A DNA stretch of 64,000 nucleotides, taken from the NCBI GenBank assembly GCA_963813715.1, contig CAWFAK010000009.1, forward strand, positions 192,001 to 256,000, read 5' to 3'. Position 1 is the stretch's first letter; every line of letters starts with the position of its first letter. The stretch comes from an uncultured Planctomycetaceae bacterium. Lineage in GTDB: Bacteria > Planctomycetota > Planctomycetia > Planctomycetales > Planctomycetaceae. The translations under genes were made by a program, and so were the position numbers. The notes beneath the pieces are model-generated. The model was given only the letters and a program-made list of their open reading frames with translations, was not told where the DNA came from and made no database searches. This document shows, piece by piece, positions 10,430 through 19,964 of the stretch.

Positions 10430-11779
10430 ATGAACGCGATCGTTTTGACCTTCGACCGTTTGCCGGTGAGCTTTTTGGCTTGCTACGGCAACAACTGGAT
10501 CGAAACGCCGAATTTCGATCGACTGGCCGCACAGTCGGTTACCTTTCATCAACATTTCGCCGAATCGCTGACGCTCAACACGGTGCGGCACGCCTGGTGG
10601 AGCGGTTGCTACGAGTGTCGACGGCAGGACGAACCCCGCGTGAGCGACTTATTGCCCGCGGCGCTCGCGGCCCGCGGCGTAACCGTTCGGATGCTGCTGG
10701 AAGCTGGCGGTACGGACGACGAGTCTTCCCGCGATTTGTCGCAACTCTTTCCCGAGTGGACGCAGGTCGTCACCGGAGCCGACGGCTTGGACGTCGCGCC
10801 GGACGACACGCCGTTTCTCCGGGTCGTCGCCCGTGCGCAGCGCGACCTGCGGCTGTTGCGGACGTCGCGGAGAGAACCGTGGCTGCTCTGGATCAAGTCG
10901 CGAGGGGTACCCATCCCCTGGCTGCCACCGGCGGAATACGCCCGCCTGTTTCTCGACGTCGACGATGACGAACCGACCGAGGCGGCGGCCGACGACGACG
11001 AGATCGACGTGGCTGAGACGGACGACGATTTCGAGGAGGCCGACAAGTACGAAGTGCCGGATGACGGCACGTTCCTGGAAATGTCCGACAGCCAGTTCAA
11101 CGACCTCTTGCGCACGGCCGCCGAACTGCCACCCAGCCGCGCACTCCGCGACAAAATGACTGATTTGGACCGGGCGCTGGCTCGCAAGGTTTTGGGCGGC
11201 TATATCGCTCTGCTCGACGCCGGCGTGGGCCGCTTGCTCGACGCGATCGACCAGGTGACTGCCGGCACGCCGACTTTGCTGCTGCTCACGGCGGCCCAAG
11301 GCCTGACCGTGCACGAGCCGGGTGTGCTCCGAGACGAGTTGGCACAATCGGCTGATGAGATGGTGCACACGCCCCTTTTCGTGCGCGGCGCGGGCGTCGA
11401 TCGGGGCTTCCGCCGCCAGGCGCTCACGCAGCCCGTCGATTTGTATCCGACTCTGTTCGAATGGTTCGGGCTGGAGCGTCCGGACACGCTGCTCGAAGGC
11501 CAGAGCCTGTTGCCTGCCGTCCGCGATGGCCGCGCTCACCCCCGACAGCAGGCGTTCGCGGCCGACCAGCGGGGTCTCACCACCGTGCGCTCGGCAGATC
11601 ATTACCTGGTGCAGCAATCGGAACCCGCGAGCGAAGAACCGGTGCGACATCTCTTCGCCAAGCCGGAGGACGCCTGGGAAGTCAACGACCTGGCCGCTCA
11701 GCGTCCCCAAGTCGTCGACGAGCTCCTGGCTGAGGGCGACCGCTTCTTCGGCTCGGCTTCCCGGGTCGTCGATCGCTGA
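10430..11779 (+). CDS. Sulfatase-like protein
   Basis: YGNNWIETPNFDRLA, HTPLFVR, VDLYPTL, GQSLLP, EVNDLA; no CxPxR motif. Confidence 0.75.
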   Translation: MNAIVLTFDRLPVSFLACYGNNWIETPNFDRLAAQSVTFHQHFAESLTLNTVRHAWWSGCYECRRQDEPRVSDLLPAALAARGVTVRMLLEAGGTDDESSRDLSQLFPEWTQVVTGADGLDVAPDDTPFLRVVARAQRDLRLLRTSRREPWLLWIKSRGVPIPWLPPAEYARLFLDVDDDEPTEAAADDDEIDVAETDDDFEEADKYEVPDDGTFLEMSDSQFNDLLRTAAELPPSRALRDKMTDLDRALARKVLGGYIALLDAGVGRLLDAIDQVTAGTPTLLLLTAAQGLTVHEPGVLRDELAQSADEMVHTPLFVRGAGVDRGFRRQALTQPVDLYPTLFEWFGLERPDTLLEGQSLLPAVRDGRAHPRQQAFAADQRGLTTVRSADHYLVQQSEPASEEPVRHLFAKPEDAWEVNDLAAQRPQVVDELLAEGDRFFGSASRVVDR

Positions 11780-12066
11780 GGGAAAACTCGCCGGTCGACG
11801 GCGCCGTTCCCATGCCGCGAAGTCGCATTTGCCAGCATGAACCTGTATTTTGCGCCGGCGTTCCCTATGGTGTTGGAAATGGGCCGGCCCGGCCCCTGGT
11901 TCGCTTGCCGGCGGCGCATCCGAGCCGCGGTTCGACGGGCGCACGGCTTCGCTCAACCCGACCGCCACTCGAAACGTCAACAACGGTCTGTCCACTTCGT
12001 GTCCGCGCTTTCCACCAAGTCGGCCCGTCGCTGTGGCGACGACCACCGGCCATCAAGGAGCCAGAC

Positions 12067-13005
12067 GTGAGTTTTCGCCCGCGATTGGTCGTCCGGTATT
12101 TCATCTCCCTCTGTTTCGTCGGTCTCTCGCTCACCGAACCTTTTCTGGCCGATCCCGGCTCCCCCAGCCGTGCGGCGGCAGCAGACGTGCCCGCCCACTT
12201 TCATCACGTGCGGCTCAACACCCCGGACGTCAGTGCGTCGAAGAGTTTTTATCAGAAATATTACGGCGCGGTGCCGGTCAAGTATCGCGGCAATCCGGAC
12301 GCGCTCTTCGTCGAGCGTTCGTTCCTCTTGTTCAACGCGGTTGGTGCGCCGGCCGACGGCAAACTCGACACGGGCATCTGGCATATCGGCTGGGGTGGTG
12401 TCGACGTCGCGCACGAATACGAGTGGTGGAAGAAACGCGGGCTCGACATCGTCACGCCGTTGAGTCCGCTGCCCGGGCCCGACAACTATTACTTTTATGC
12501 CCGCGGACCGGGGCACGAGTTGATCGAAATAAACACGATGCCCCACCACCGCTTCGCCCACGTCCACTTTTTTGCGACCGACGTCAATTCCACGTGCCGC
12601 TGGTACGCGAAACACCTGGGACTGAAACCCCGCTTGCCCGAGCGGCCTAAGCCAGTCGGCGACATGTCGACGCTCGCCAAGATCTGGATCAACGTCATTC
12701 AGTGCGACAACGTCACGATGATTTTCTTCGGCAAGCCGGACGTCGAGCCGCCACCGCCATGGTGGCCCGAACCGCCGCTCAAGACACTCCAGCCGACGAA
12801 GGGGCGGCCGATCGACCACATTGCCTTTTCGTATCGCCACATCGAGCCGGTGCGGGCGGCCATGCAGACATCGGGGGTCAAGATCGTCGAGCCGATCAAG
12901 GAAGACCCGAAATACCATTTCAAGAGCTTCTACGTCGAAGGCCCTGATCAAGTTTTGATCGAGATTGTCGAGGAGAAGCCGATCCCCGAGGGAATCTGGG
13001 AGTAG
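12067..13005 (+). CDS. VOC/glyoxalase-family protein, secreted
   Basis: HFHHVRL, WHIGW, FAHVHF, IDHIAF, FYVEGPDQVLIEIVE repeated VOC modules. Confidence 0.8.
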   Translation: MSFRPRLVVRYFISLCFVGLSLTEPFLADPGSPSRAAAADVPAHFHHVRLNTPDVSASKSFYQKYYGAVPVKYRGNPDALFVERSFLLFNAVGAPADGKLDTGIWHIGWGGVDVAHEYEWWKKRGLDIVTPLSPLPGPDNYYFYARGPGHELIEINTMPHHRFAHVHFFATDVNSTCRWYAKHLGLKPRLPERPKPVGDMSTLAKIWINVIQCDNVTMIFFGKPDVEPPPPWWPEPPLKTLQPTKGRPIDHIAFSYRHIEPVRAAMQTSGVKIVEPIKEDPKYHFKSFYVEGPDQVLIEIVEEKPIPEGIWE

Positions 13006-13107
13006 ATGACTTTTTTTGCACCCGCAGGGCGAGTAAGGTGAAGGGGCCGCCAGTAATCCCACCGTCCGCCTTCCCCCACTTGACTCACCCCTCCCGGAAA
13101 TCCTCGC

Positions 13108-14553
13108 ATGTCGCGTTTCTTGCCCGCTCGCGTCTGCCTCACGACACTCTTGGCTCTGATTGTCGCCAATGGCGGCACTCCGTCGATCCGCGCCGGCGAA
13201 ACGGCGCTCGACCGCTATATTGCCAAGCCCGACAGAACGTACTCCTGGAAACTGGTGCGAAAAACGCAGGTTCCGGGTGCGACGGTGTTCGTCGTCGATC
13301 TGAAGTCGCAGACCTGGCGGACCAGCAAAGAGGTCAACCAGACGGTGTGGCAGCATTGGCTGACCATCGTCAAGCCGGACAAGCCCGCGGGCACGATTCC
13401 CTTTTTGTTCATCACCGGCGGCAAGAATTCGGACGCGGCCCCCGCGAAGGTTGACCCCGCGATCATTGCAATGACGGCCAAGGCGTCGCACGGGATCGTC
13501 TGCGAGCTGAAGATGGTCCCCAACCAGCCGCTCGTGTTCAAAAACGACGGCCGAAAGCGCTCCGAGGATGACCTGATCGCCTACACCTATGCCGCGTTTC
13601 TGGCCGGCGGGGACGACGAGTGGCCAGCCCGACTGCCCATGACGAAGAGTGCCGTTCGCGCCATGGACTGCATTCAGGAGCTGTTGGCCAGCGACGAAGG
13701 TGGGAAACTCAAAGTCGAAAAATTCGTCGTAGCCGGCGGATCGAAGCGCGGCTGGACGACCTGGTGCACGGCCGCCGTCGACAAGCGGGTGGCCGCCATC
13801 GCTCCCAGCTCGATCGATTGTCTCAATAACGAGCTGTCGATGGCGCATCACGTTGCCGTCTACGGCTTCTACACGCTGGCCGTGGGCAACTACGTGCGGG
13901 GCAACGTGGTGCAGCAGACCGCCAATCCGCGGATGAAGCTGCTCAACGCGATCGAGGATCCCTACTCGTACCGCGAGCGGTTCACGATGCCCAAATACGT
14001 CGTCAACGCCTCGGGCGACCAGTATTTCTGTCCCGATAGCAGCCAGTTCTATTTCGACGCGTTGCCGGGCGAAAAATACCTGCGCTACGTGCCCAACGCG
14101 GCCCACAACCTCAAGGGCTCCGACGCCCGCGAAAGTGTCGCCGCCTTCTATCACACGGTGCTCACGGGACGCCAACGGCCCAGTTACTCCTGGACCTTCG
14201 AGAAAGATGGCTCGATTCACGTGAAGACGAAGAGCCATCCGCAGTCGGTGACGCTGTGGCAGGCGACCAATCCCGAGGCCCGCGACTTCCGCCTGATGAG
14301 CATCGGCAAGGCCTACAAGCCGACCACGCTGACGGATCAAGGAGACGGCAACTACGTCGCCAAGCTCGCCAAACCCGAGCGCGGCTGGACGGCTTCGTTC
14401 GTCGAGCTGGCGTTCGACGTCGGCGCTCCAAACGCGTTCAAGGTGTCGACGGCTGTCCGCGTGACGCCCGACACGCTGCCGCACGCCGACCTCGATCCCG
14501 CCAAGGCGCCGCCCGAGAAGCCGAGACCGCGCCTCCGCGCCAGTTCGAACTGA
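13108..14553 (+). CDS. PhoPQ-activated pathogenicity-related (PqaA-family) protein, copy 1
   Basis: SQTW, WQHWL, VPNQPL, EDDLIAY, PMTKSAVRAMD, GGSKRGWTTW. Confidence 0.88.
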   Translation: MSRFLPARVCLTTLLALIVANGGTPSIRAGETALDRYIAKPDRTYSWKLVRKTQVPGATVFVVDLKSQTWRTSKEVNQTVWQHWLTIVKPDKPAGTIPFLFITGGKNSDAAPAKVDPAIIAMTAKASHGIVCELKMVPNQPLVFKNDGRKRSEDDLIAYTYAAFLAGGDDEWPARLPMTKSAVRAMDCIQELLASDEGGKLKVEKFVVAGGSKRGWTTWCTAAVDKRVAAIAPSSIDCLNNELSMAHHVAVYGFYTLAVGNYVRGNVVQQTANPRMKLLNAIEDPYSYRERFTMPKYVVNASGDQYFCPDSSQFYFDALPGEKYLRYVPNAAHNLKGSDARESVAAFYHTVLTGRQRPSYSWTFEKDGSIHVKTKSHPQSVTLWQATNPEARDFRLMSIGKAYKPTTLTDQGDGNYVAKLAKPERGWTASFVELAFDVGAPNAFKVSTAVRVTPDTLPHADLDPAKAPPEKPRPRLRASSN

Positions 14554-14593
14554 GCGATTCACAACTTTCTTGGCTGTTAAAGGCTCACTCAAC

Positions 14594-15364
14594 ATGCCAA
14601 ATGCTTCCTTCAATCTGTCGGGACGGGTGGCTTTGGTCACCGGCGGCAGCAAGGGTCTCGGCAAGGCGATGGCCCGCGGATTCGCCGAAGCCGGCGCCGA
14701 CGTGGTGATTTCCAGCCGGCACGAGGACGAACTGAAAGCGGCCCTCGCCGAGATTCGCCAAAACACGTCGGTCCGCGGGATGTACGTGGTCGCCGACCTG
14801 ACGAAGCGCTCCGAGGCCGATCGCCTGGCGAAGGCGGCGATCGCCGAGATGGGACACATCGACATCCTGGTTAACAACGCCGGGTCGAACGTTCCCGAAG
14901 AGATCGACCAAATCAGCGACGCCAACTGGGACCGCATCCTCGAGCTGAACCTCTCGTCGTGCATGGCTCTCACGCGGGCCATCGTGCCGCAGATGAAGTC
15001 TCGCAAATGGGGCCGCGTGATTTACATTTCGTCGATCATGGGGCTGGCGTCGAAGGCGGGACGCGACGCGTACTCGGCGACCAAGTCGGCGGTGATCGGC
15101 TTGGCCCGAGCCAACGCGCTCGAGTTGGGCAAGTTCGGCATCACCGCCAACTGTTTGGCTCCCGGCCCTTTCCTCACGGATTTGCCCGGCAAGCTGCTGA
15201 GCGATGCCGAAAAGGCGACCTTCGCGCAGCGTACGGCCCTCGGCCGCTGGGGCGATCCGCGCGAGCTGGCCGGTCCGGCCCTGCTGCTGGCCAGCGATGC
15301 CGGCAGCTATATCACCGGGCAGACACTGGTGGTGGACGGCGGCACGCTCTGCATGACGTTCTGA
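14594..15364 (+). CDS. SDR-family oxidoreductase, copy 1
   Basis: [28 protein letters not shown]. Confidence 0.92.
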   Translation: MPNASFNLSGRVALVTGGSKGLGKAMARGFAEAGADVVISSRHEDELKAALAEIRQNTSVRGMYVVADLTKRSEADRLAKAAIAEMGHIDILVNNAGSNVPEEIDQISDANWDRILELNLSSCMALTRAIVPQMKSRKWGRVIYISSIMGLASKAGRDAYSATKSAVIGLARANALELGKFGITANCLAPGPFLTDLPGKLLSDAEKATFAQRTALGRWGDPRELAGPALLLASDAGSYITGQTLVVDGGTLCMTF

Positions 15365-15380
15365 TCCGAGCGTGTGCGAG

Positions 15381-16153
15381 ATGCCAACATCTTTGTTCGA
15401 CCTCTCAGGTCGCGTGGCACTCGTGACAGGCGGCAGCAAGGGGTTGGGCAAGGCCATTGCGCGCGGGTTCGCCGAAGCCGGGGCCGACGTCGTGATTGCG
15501 AGCCGGCACGAGGACCAACTCAAAAGCGGCGCTGGCCGAAATCCAAGCCGGCACCTCGGTCCGTGGCACGTACATCGTGGCCGATCTGGCAAAACGCAGC
15601 GAGGCCGATCGGCTCGCCATGGCGTCGCTCGCCGAGATGGGGCACGTCGACATTCTGGTGAATAATGCCGGCTCGAGCGTGCTGGAGGAGGTCGACCAGA
15701 TCACGGATGCCAATTGGGACCGCATCCTCGAGCTGAATCTTTCGTCCTGCATGGCCCTCACACGGGCGCTAGTGCCCCAGATGAAGTCGCGCAAGTTGGG
15801 GCCGCGTGATCTACATCTCGTCAATTATGGGGTTGGTTTCGCGGGCGGGGCGCGATGCCTATTCCGCGACGAAGGCTGCTCTCCTCGGCCTGTGCCGCGC
15901 GAACGCACTCGAGCTAGGAGGCTGTGGCATTACAGTAAACTGTCTTGCTCCCGGACCTTTCCTCACCGATTTGCCCAAGCAGCAGCTGACCGCAGCCGAG
16001 ATCGAAATCTCCGCCAGGCGTACCGCCCTCGGCCGCTGGGGCGATCCGCGCGAGCTGGCCGGACCGGCCCTGCTGTTGGCCAGCGACGCCGGCAGCTACA
16101 TCACCGGGCAGACGCTCGTCGTCGACGGCGGAACGCTGTGTATGACCTTCTGA
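15381..16153 (+). CDS. SDR-family oxidoreductase, tandem paralogue (two frameshifts, ~15524 and ~15796)
   Basis: Near-identical protein to 14594-15364 split over three ORFs; YSATK intact. Confidence 0.8.
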
Positions 16154-16257
16154 CGCGGCTGCCTCGGTGCGGCTCCGGCGCTTTTCACGCGCCGTCGCCT
16201 CCGTTATCGTGAACAAATCGGCCGTTTAAGCTTCATTTTAGCCTTCTGGAGTGTGTC

Positions 16258-17697
16258 ATGTTGGGGTCGGAAGTCTTGCCAGTTCGTGCGGGGAACAAAC
16301 TGGCCGCGCTGCTCGTCGTGGCTTTGGGAGTGGGAGCGGTTCAGGCCGGCGAAACGGCCCTCGATCGATACGTGGCCAAACCCGACTCGAGTTATTCCTG
16401 GAAGATCGACCATAAGCTGGAAGCCCACGGGGCCGCGACGTTTGTCGTCAATCTCAAGTCCCAGAGCTGGCGCTCGCCGAAGGAAGTCGATCGGACCCTT
16501 TGGCAGCACTGGCTGACGATCGTGCGACCCGCGCACCCGGTCGCCCACACTGCCTTCCTCTTCATCGACGGCGGCTCGAATCGGGACAAGGCACCCAAAT
16601 CGGCCGACCTGCTCATCGCCTCGATGGCCGCGGAAACCAACTCCGTCGTAGTCGAGTTGAAGGATACACCCAACCAGCCGCTCGTCTTTCACAACGACGG
16701 GGTCGAGCGCAAAGAAGACGATCTGATCGCCTACACCTGGGACCAGTTCCTCAAAGGGGGCGACGAGGAGTGGCCCGCCCGACTGCCGATGGTCAAGGGC
16801 GCGGTGCGGGCGATGGACTGCGTGCAGGAATTGCTCGCCAGCAAGGAGGGGGGCAATTTCAGGATCGACAAGTTCGTGGTCTGCGGCGGCTCCAAGCGCG
16901 GCTGGACGACCTGGTGCACGGCGGCCGTCGACAAGCGAGTCGACGCCATCATCCCCATCTCCATCGACACGCTCAACCAGGTCGCCTCGATGCGGCATCA
17001 CGTCTCCGTTTACGGCTTCTACACCGAGGCCGTCGGTGACTACTTCCGCCACGGGATTACCAAACTCGCGGCCGACCCGCGGATGAAGCTGCTCAACGAG
17101 ATCGAGGATCCGTTCTCCTACCGCGAACGGTTCACGATGCCCAAATACATCGTGGGCGGAGCCGGGGACGAGTTCTTCTGTCCCGACAACTCGCAGTTCT
17201 ACTTCGACGCGCTGCCGGGCGAAAAATACCTGCGTTACATCCCCAACGCCGACCACGGCCTGAAGGGGACCGACGTCCGCGAGAGCGTCGTGTCTTTCTA
17301 CGACACGGTGCTGAAGGGGACGCCCCGGCCGCAATTCACCTGGAACTTCGAGCCGGACGGTTCGATTCTCGTCACGACCGTGACCAAGCCGACGTCCGTC
17401 AAGCTCTGGCAGGCGACCAACCCGACGGCCCGCGACTTCCGCGTGATCACCATCGGCCGCACCTTCAAGAGCCACGAGCTGCACGACCAGGGACATGGAG
17501 TCTACGTGGCCAAGGTCGCCACGCCGGAGAAAGGCTGGACGGCGTCGTTCGTCGAACTGTCGTTCGAAGTCGGGGCACCCTATCCGCTGAAGCTGACGAC
17601 GGCCGTCCGGGTGACGCCCGATACGCTGCCTCATAGCGACCTCAATCCGGTCGACGCGCCTGGCGAGGTTCGCCACCAAGCCGCCGCCAAGCGCTGA
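16258..17697 (+). CDS. PqaA-family protein, copy 2
   Basis: Paralogue of 13108-14553; GGSKRGWTTW, TPNQPL, EDDLIAY. Confidence 0.88.
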   Translation: MLGSEVLPVRAGNKLAALLVVALGVGAVQAGETALDRYVAKPDSSYSWKIDHKLEAHGAATFVVNLKSQSWRSPKEVDRTLWQHWLTIVRPAHPVAHTAFLFIDGGSNRDKAPKSADLLIASMAAETNSVVVELKDTPNQPLVFHNDGVERKEDDLIAYTWDQFLKGGDEEWPARLPMVKGAVRAMDCVQELLASKEGGNFRIDKFVVCGGSKRGWTTWCTAAVDKRVDAIIPISIDTLNQVASMRHHVSVYGFYTEAVGDYFRHGITKLAADPRMKLLNEIEDPFSYRERFTMPKYIVGGAGDEFFCPDNSQFYFDALPGEKYLRYIPNADHGLKGTDVRESVVSFYDTVLKGTPRPQFTWNFEPDGSILVTTVTKPTSVKLWQATNPTARDFRVITIGRTFKSHELHDQGHGVYVAKVATPEKGWTASFVELSFEVGAPYPLKLTTAVRVTPDTLPHSDLNPVDAPGEVRHQAAAKR

Positions 17698-17703
17698 GTC
17701 CCC

Positions 17704-19086
17704 GTGATTCCTTCCGAGCGAAAGCCCCGCCTCATCCTGCGGCTCGCCCGCCGCTTGTTGGCCGGGCTGTTGCTCGGGTTGACCTGCGCGAGCGTGCTGC
17801 CGGCCGCCGAATTCCGCGCGGCTTCGGCCAAGGCCGACATCACTCCACAGGAGAGCTTCGACCTCTGGGGCTACGCCGACCGCAGCGGGCCCTCTAGTGG
17901 GACGCACGATCCGCTCTTTGGCAAGGTGCTGCTGCTCGATGACGGCACGCATCGCCTCGCCCTGGTCACGCTCGATTTGGGCCGCACGTTCGGCGTCGAG
18001 TCGATGGACGTCGTGCGGCGGCGCGTGCGTGGCTCGGCCGGCGTCGAGCAGGTCTTCTTCTTCGCGTCGCATACGCATTCCGGCCCGTTCATCAACGATA
18101 CGTACCCGCCGGGCAAGCGGCCTGCCTGGGAAGAACGGGCCCTTGATCGGATTGCCGCCGCGATCGAGCAGGCGGCAGCTCGCCTGCAACCGGCGGTTCT
18201 GGGCGTCGGGGAAGGGGACGTGCTGATCGGCCACAATCGGCGTTTCGTTCGCCCCGACGGCACGGTGAAGATGCTCTGGCGCAACGCGACCAAAGCGCCC
18301 ACGCACCCGGTCGATTCCCGCGTCGGCATCCTCCGCGTCGACGGGCGCGATGGCCGCACGCTGGCCGTGCTCGTCAACTATGCGTGTCACCCAGTCGTTT
18401 TCGGCCCCGATAATCTCAAGTACTCCGCCGATTATCCGAGTGCGATGGCCGGCGTGGTCGAGCCCGCGTTCGGCGCGGGGACTGTGTGCCTCTTCCTGCA
18501 AGGGGCTGCCGGCGACATCAATCCCTACTTCGACAAAACGCCCCTGGCTGAGGATGCCGAGAAACTGATGCAGGAGACGGGGCGCGAGCTGGGCCGCGAA
18601 GCACTCCGCGTCGCCCGATCGATCGTTCCGAAGCCGCCCGACAAGCCCGAGCTGCAGTTCGCCCTCGACATGCGACACTTCCGACACCGCTACGAACCCC
18701 AGGCTCTGCTCGCCCAACTCAAAGGACAGGTGAAGCCCGAAGTGATCGAGCGCTACCGCGGCTACCTGACGGCGCCGCTCGACTGCCCGGTGACCACTTT
18801 GCTCATCAACCGGCAGATCGCACTCGTCGGAATGCCCGGCGAGCCGTTTGTCGAATTCGGTCTCGCGTTTCGCGACCGCTCTCCGGCCGCCTTCTCGTTC
18901 TTCGCCGGGTATGCAAACGGCTACCACGGCTACTTCCCTACGATCCGCGCGGCCGTCGAAGGCGGCTACGGAGCCGAAGGCCTCGTTTCCCGCGCCGAAG
19001 TCGGAGCCGGCGAAACCATGCTCGACACGGCTCTGATCCGCGTCCACACCATGCTCGGCCAACTCAAGCCGCTGCCCCAACGTTAA
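17704..19086 (+). CDS. Neutral/alkaline ceramidase-like hydrolase
   Basis: ADITP, THDPLF, ASHTHSGP, NYACHP, FLQGAAGDINP, PGEPF, GYANGY.GYFP. Confidence 0.8.
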   Translation: MIPSERKPRLILRLARRLLAGLLLGLTCASVLPAAEFRAASAKADITPQESFDLWGYADRSGPSSGTHDPLFGKVLLLDDGTHRLALVTLDLGRTFGVESMDVVRRRVRGSAGVEQVFFFASHTHSGPFINDTYPPGKRPAWEERALDRIAAAIEQAAARLQPAVLGVGEGDVLIGHNRRFVRPDGTVKMLWRNATKAPTHPVDSRVGILRVDGRDGRTLAVLVNYACHPVVFGPDNLKYSADYPSAMAGVVEPAFGAGTVCLFLQGAAGDINPYFDKTPLAEDAEKLMQETGRELGREALRVARSIVPKPPDKPELQFALDMRHFRHRYEPQALLAQLKGQVKPEVIERYRGYLTAPLDCPVTTLLINRQIALVGMPGEPFVEFGLAFRDRSPAAFSFFAGYANGYHGYFPTIRAAVEGGYGAEGLVSRAEVGAGETMLDTALIRVHTMLGQLKPLPQR

Positions 19087-19872
19087 TCACTGCCACAGTC
19101 ATTCCAAGTGGACACGGACCGCGTGAACGCGATCCCGTCCCAATTCAATCCCGTCCCAGTCCCGATCCCGTCGCGTTTAGTGTCCCGATCGACTTGTCGG
19201 GTGCAATTCAGTCCTGTCCCGCGATCTCCTCCGATGGCCTGCTGACGCGGCGGGGCGGGAGGCCAAATTCGCCGGGATTTTCTCGGTGAAACAACGTGTC
19301 CCGTCCCGCGGTGGCCAAGCGGTGGGAGGTGGGTCAACTACTTTGGTGGGTCAACTCGCTAGTGAAACAAAGTGTCCCGACCCACCGACCCACCGGCCAA
19401 TCTCTTTCCACCTGGCGTCCCGATCCCGTCCTCGACAGCCATGGGGGGCAAGGGCCATTTTCTCCGTGCTTTTCTCGATGAAACATCGAGTCCCGTCCCG
19501 GTCCCGTCCCAGTCTTTCCCCTCGTCCGACGGCTGACGGGTGGGACAGGGGGCGGGGTGAGGGACAAATCGCCCCGGGATTTTCTCGGTGGAATAACGTG
19601 TCCCGTCCCGTCACGCGTCCCGCGTGGTCAACTATCTCTGTGGTCAACTATCTGGTGAAAGTAGGTGACCACACCACACCCTCTCGGGATGACATTCCGT
19701 TAACCACACTTCGGCCCGACAGCACTCGTCTCCGCGTACTCCGAGGCCCGCGCATCGCGGCTGTCGTCGCTCAAGCAGCGCGCACACCAAGACGTTCGCG
19801 CCCAGAACCGCTCTCTCCATTCAGCCACAAAACGGAGATTCATCCAAGATCAGTTTCTCAGGAATTCTGGAT
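19087..19872. repeat. GTCCC-rich non-coding element, copy A
   Basis: Repeated TTTTCTCGRTGRAAYAWCGWGTCCCGTCCC units (~19278, 19470, 19580), related unit at ~19360, four GGTCAACT, terminal CCAAGATCAGTTTCT at 19844. Confidence 0.75.
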
Positions 19873-19877
19873 GGCGA

Positions 19878-19955
19878 CCGTCGACGGCGGCTACGGAGCC
19901 CAAGGCCTCGTCTCTCGCGCCGAAGTCGGAGCCGGCGATACCATGCTCGACACGG
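19878..19955 (+). repeat. Direct repeat of the 3' region of the ceramidase-like gene (18953-19030)
   Basis: 73/78 nt identical by manual alignment. Confidence 0.9.
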
Positions 19956-19964
19956 GCCAGCGGA

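Noticed and set aside
11977..15006. 1009-aa minus-strand ORF
   Set aside because: Antisense shadow of the VOC, pqaA and SDR genes; long stop-free reverse frames are expected at high GC3, and it has no motifs.
16204..19080. 958-aa minus-strand ORF
   Set aside because: Antisense shadow of pqaA and the ceramidase-like gene.
19278..19296. GTGAAACA parS half-sites inside element A
   Set aside because: Only half-sites with wrong spacing and no palindrome; not called as parS.
19087..19872. Possible CRISPR or other guide array
   Set aside because: Repeats are degenerate and irregularly spaced, there are no clear unique spacers, and no cas or effector gene is nearby.
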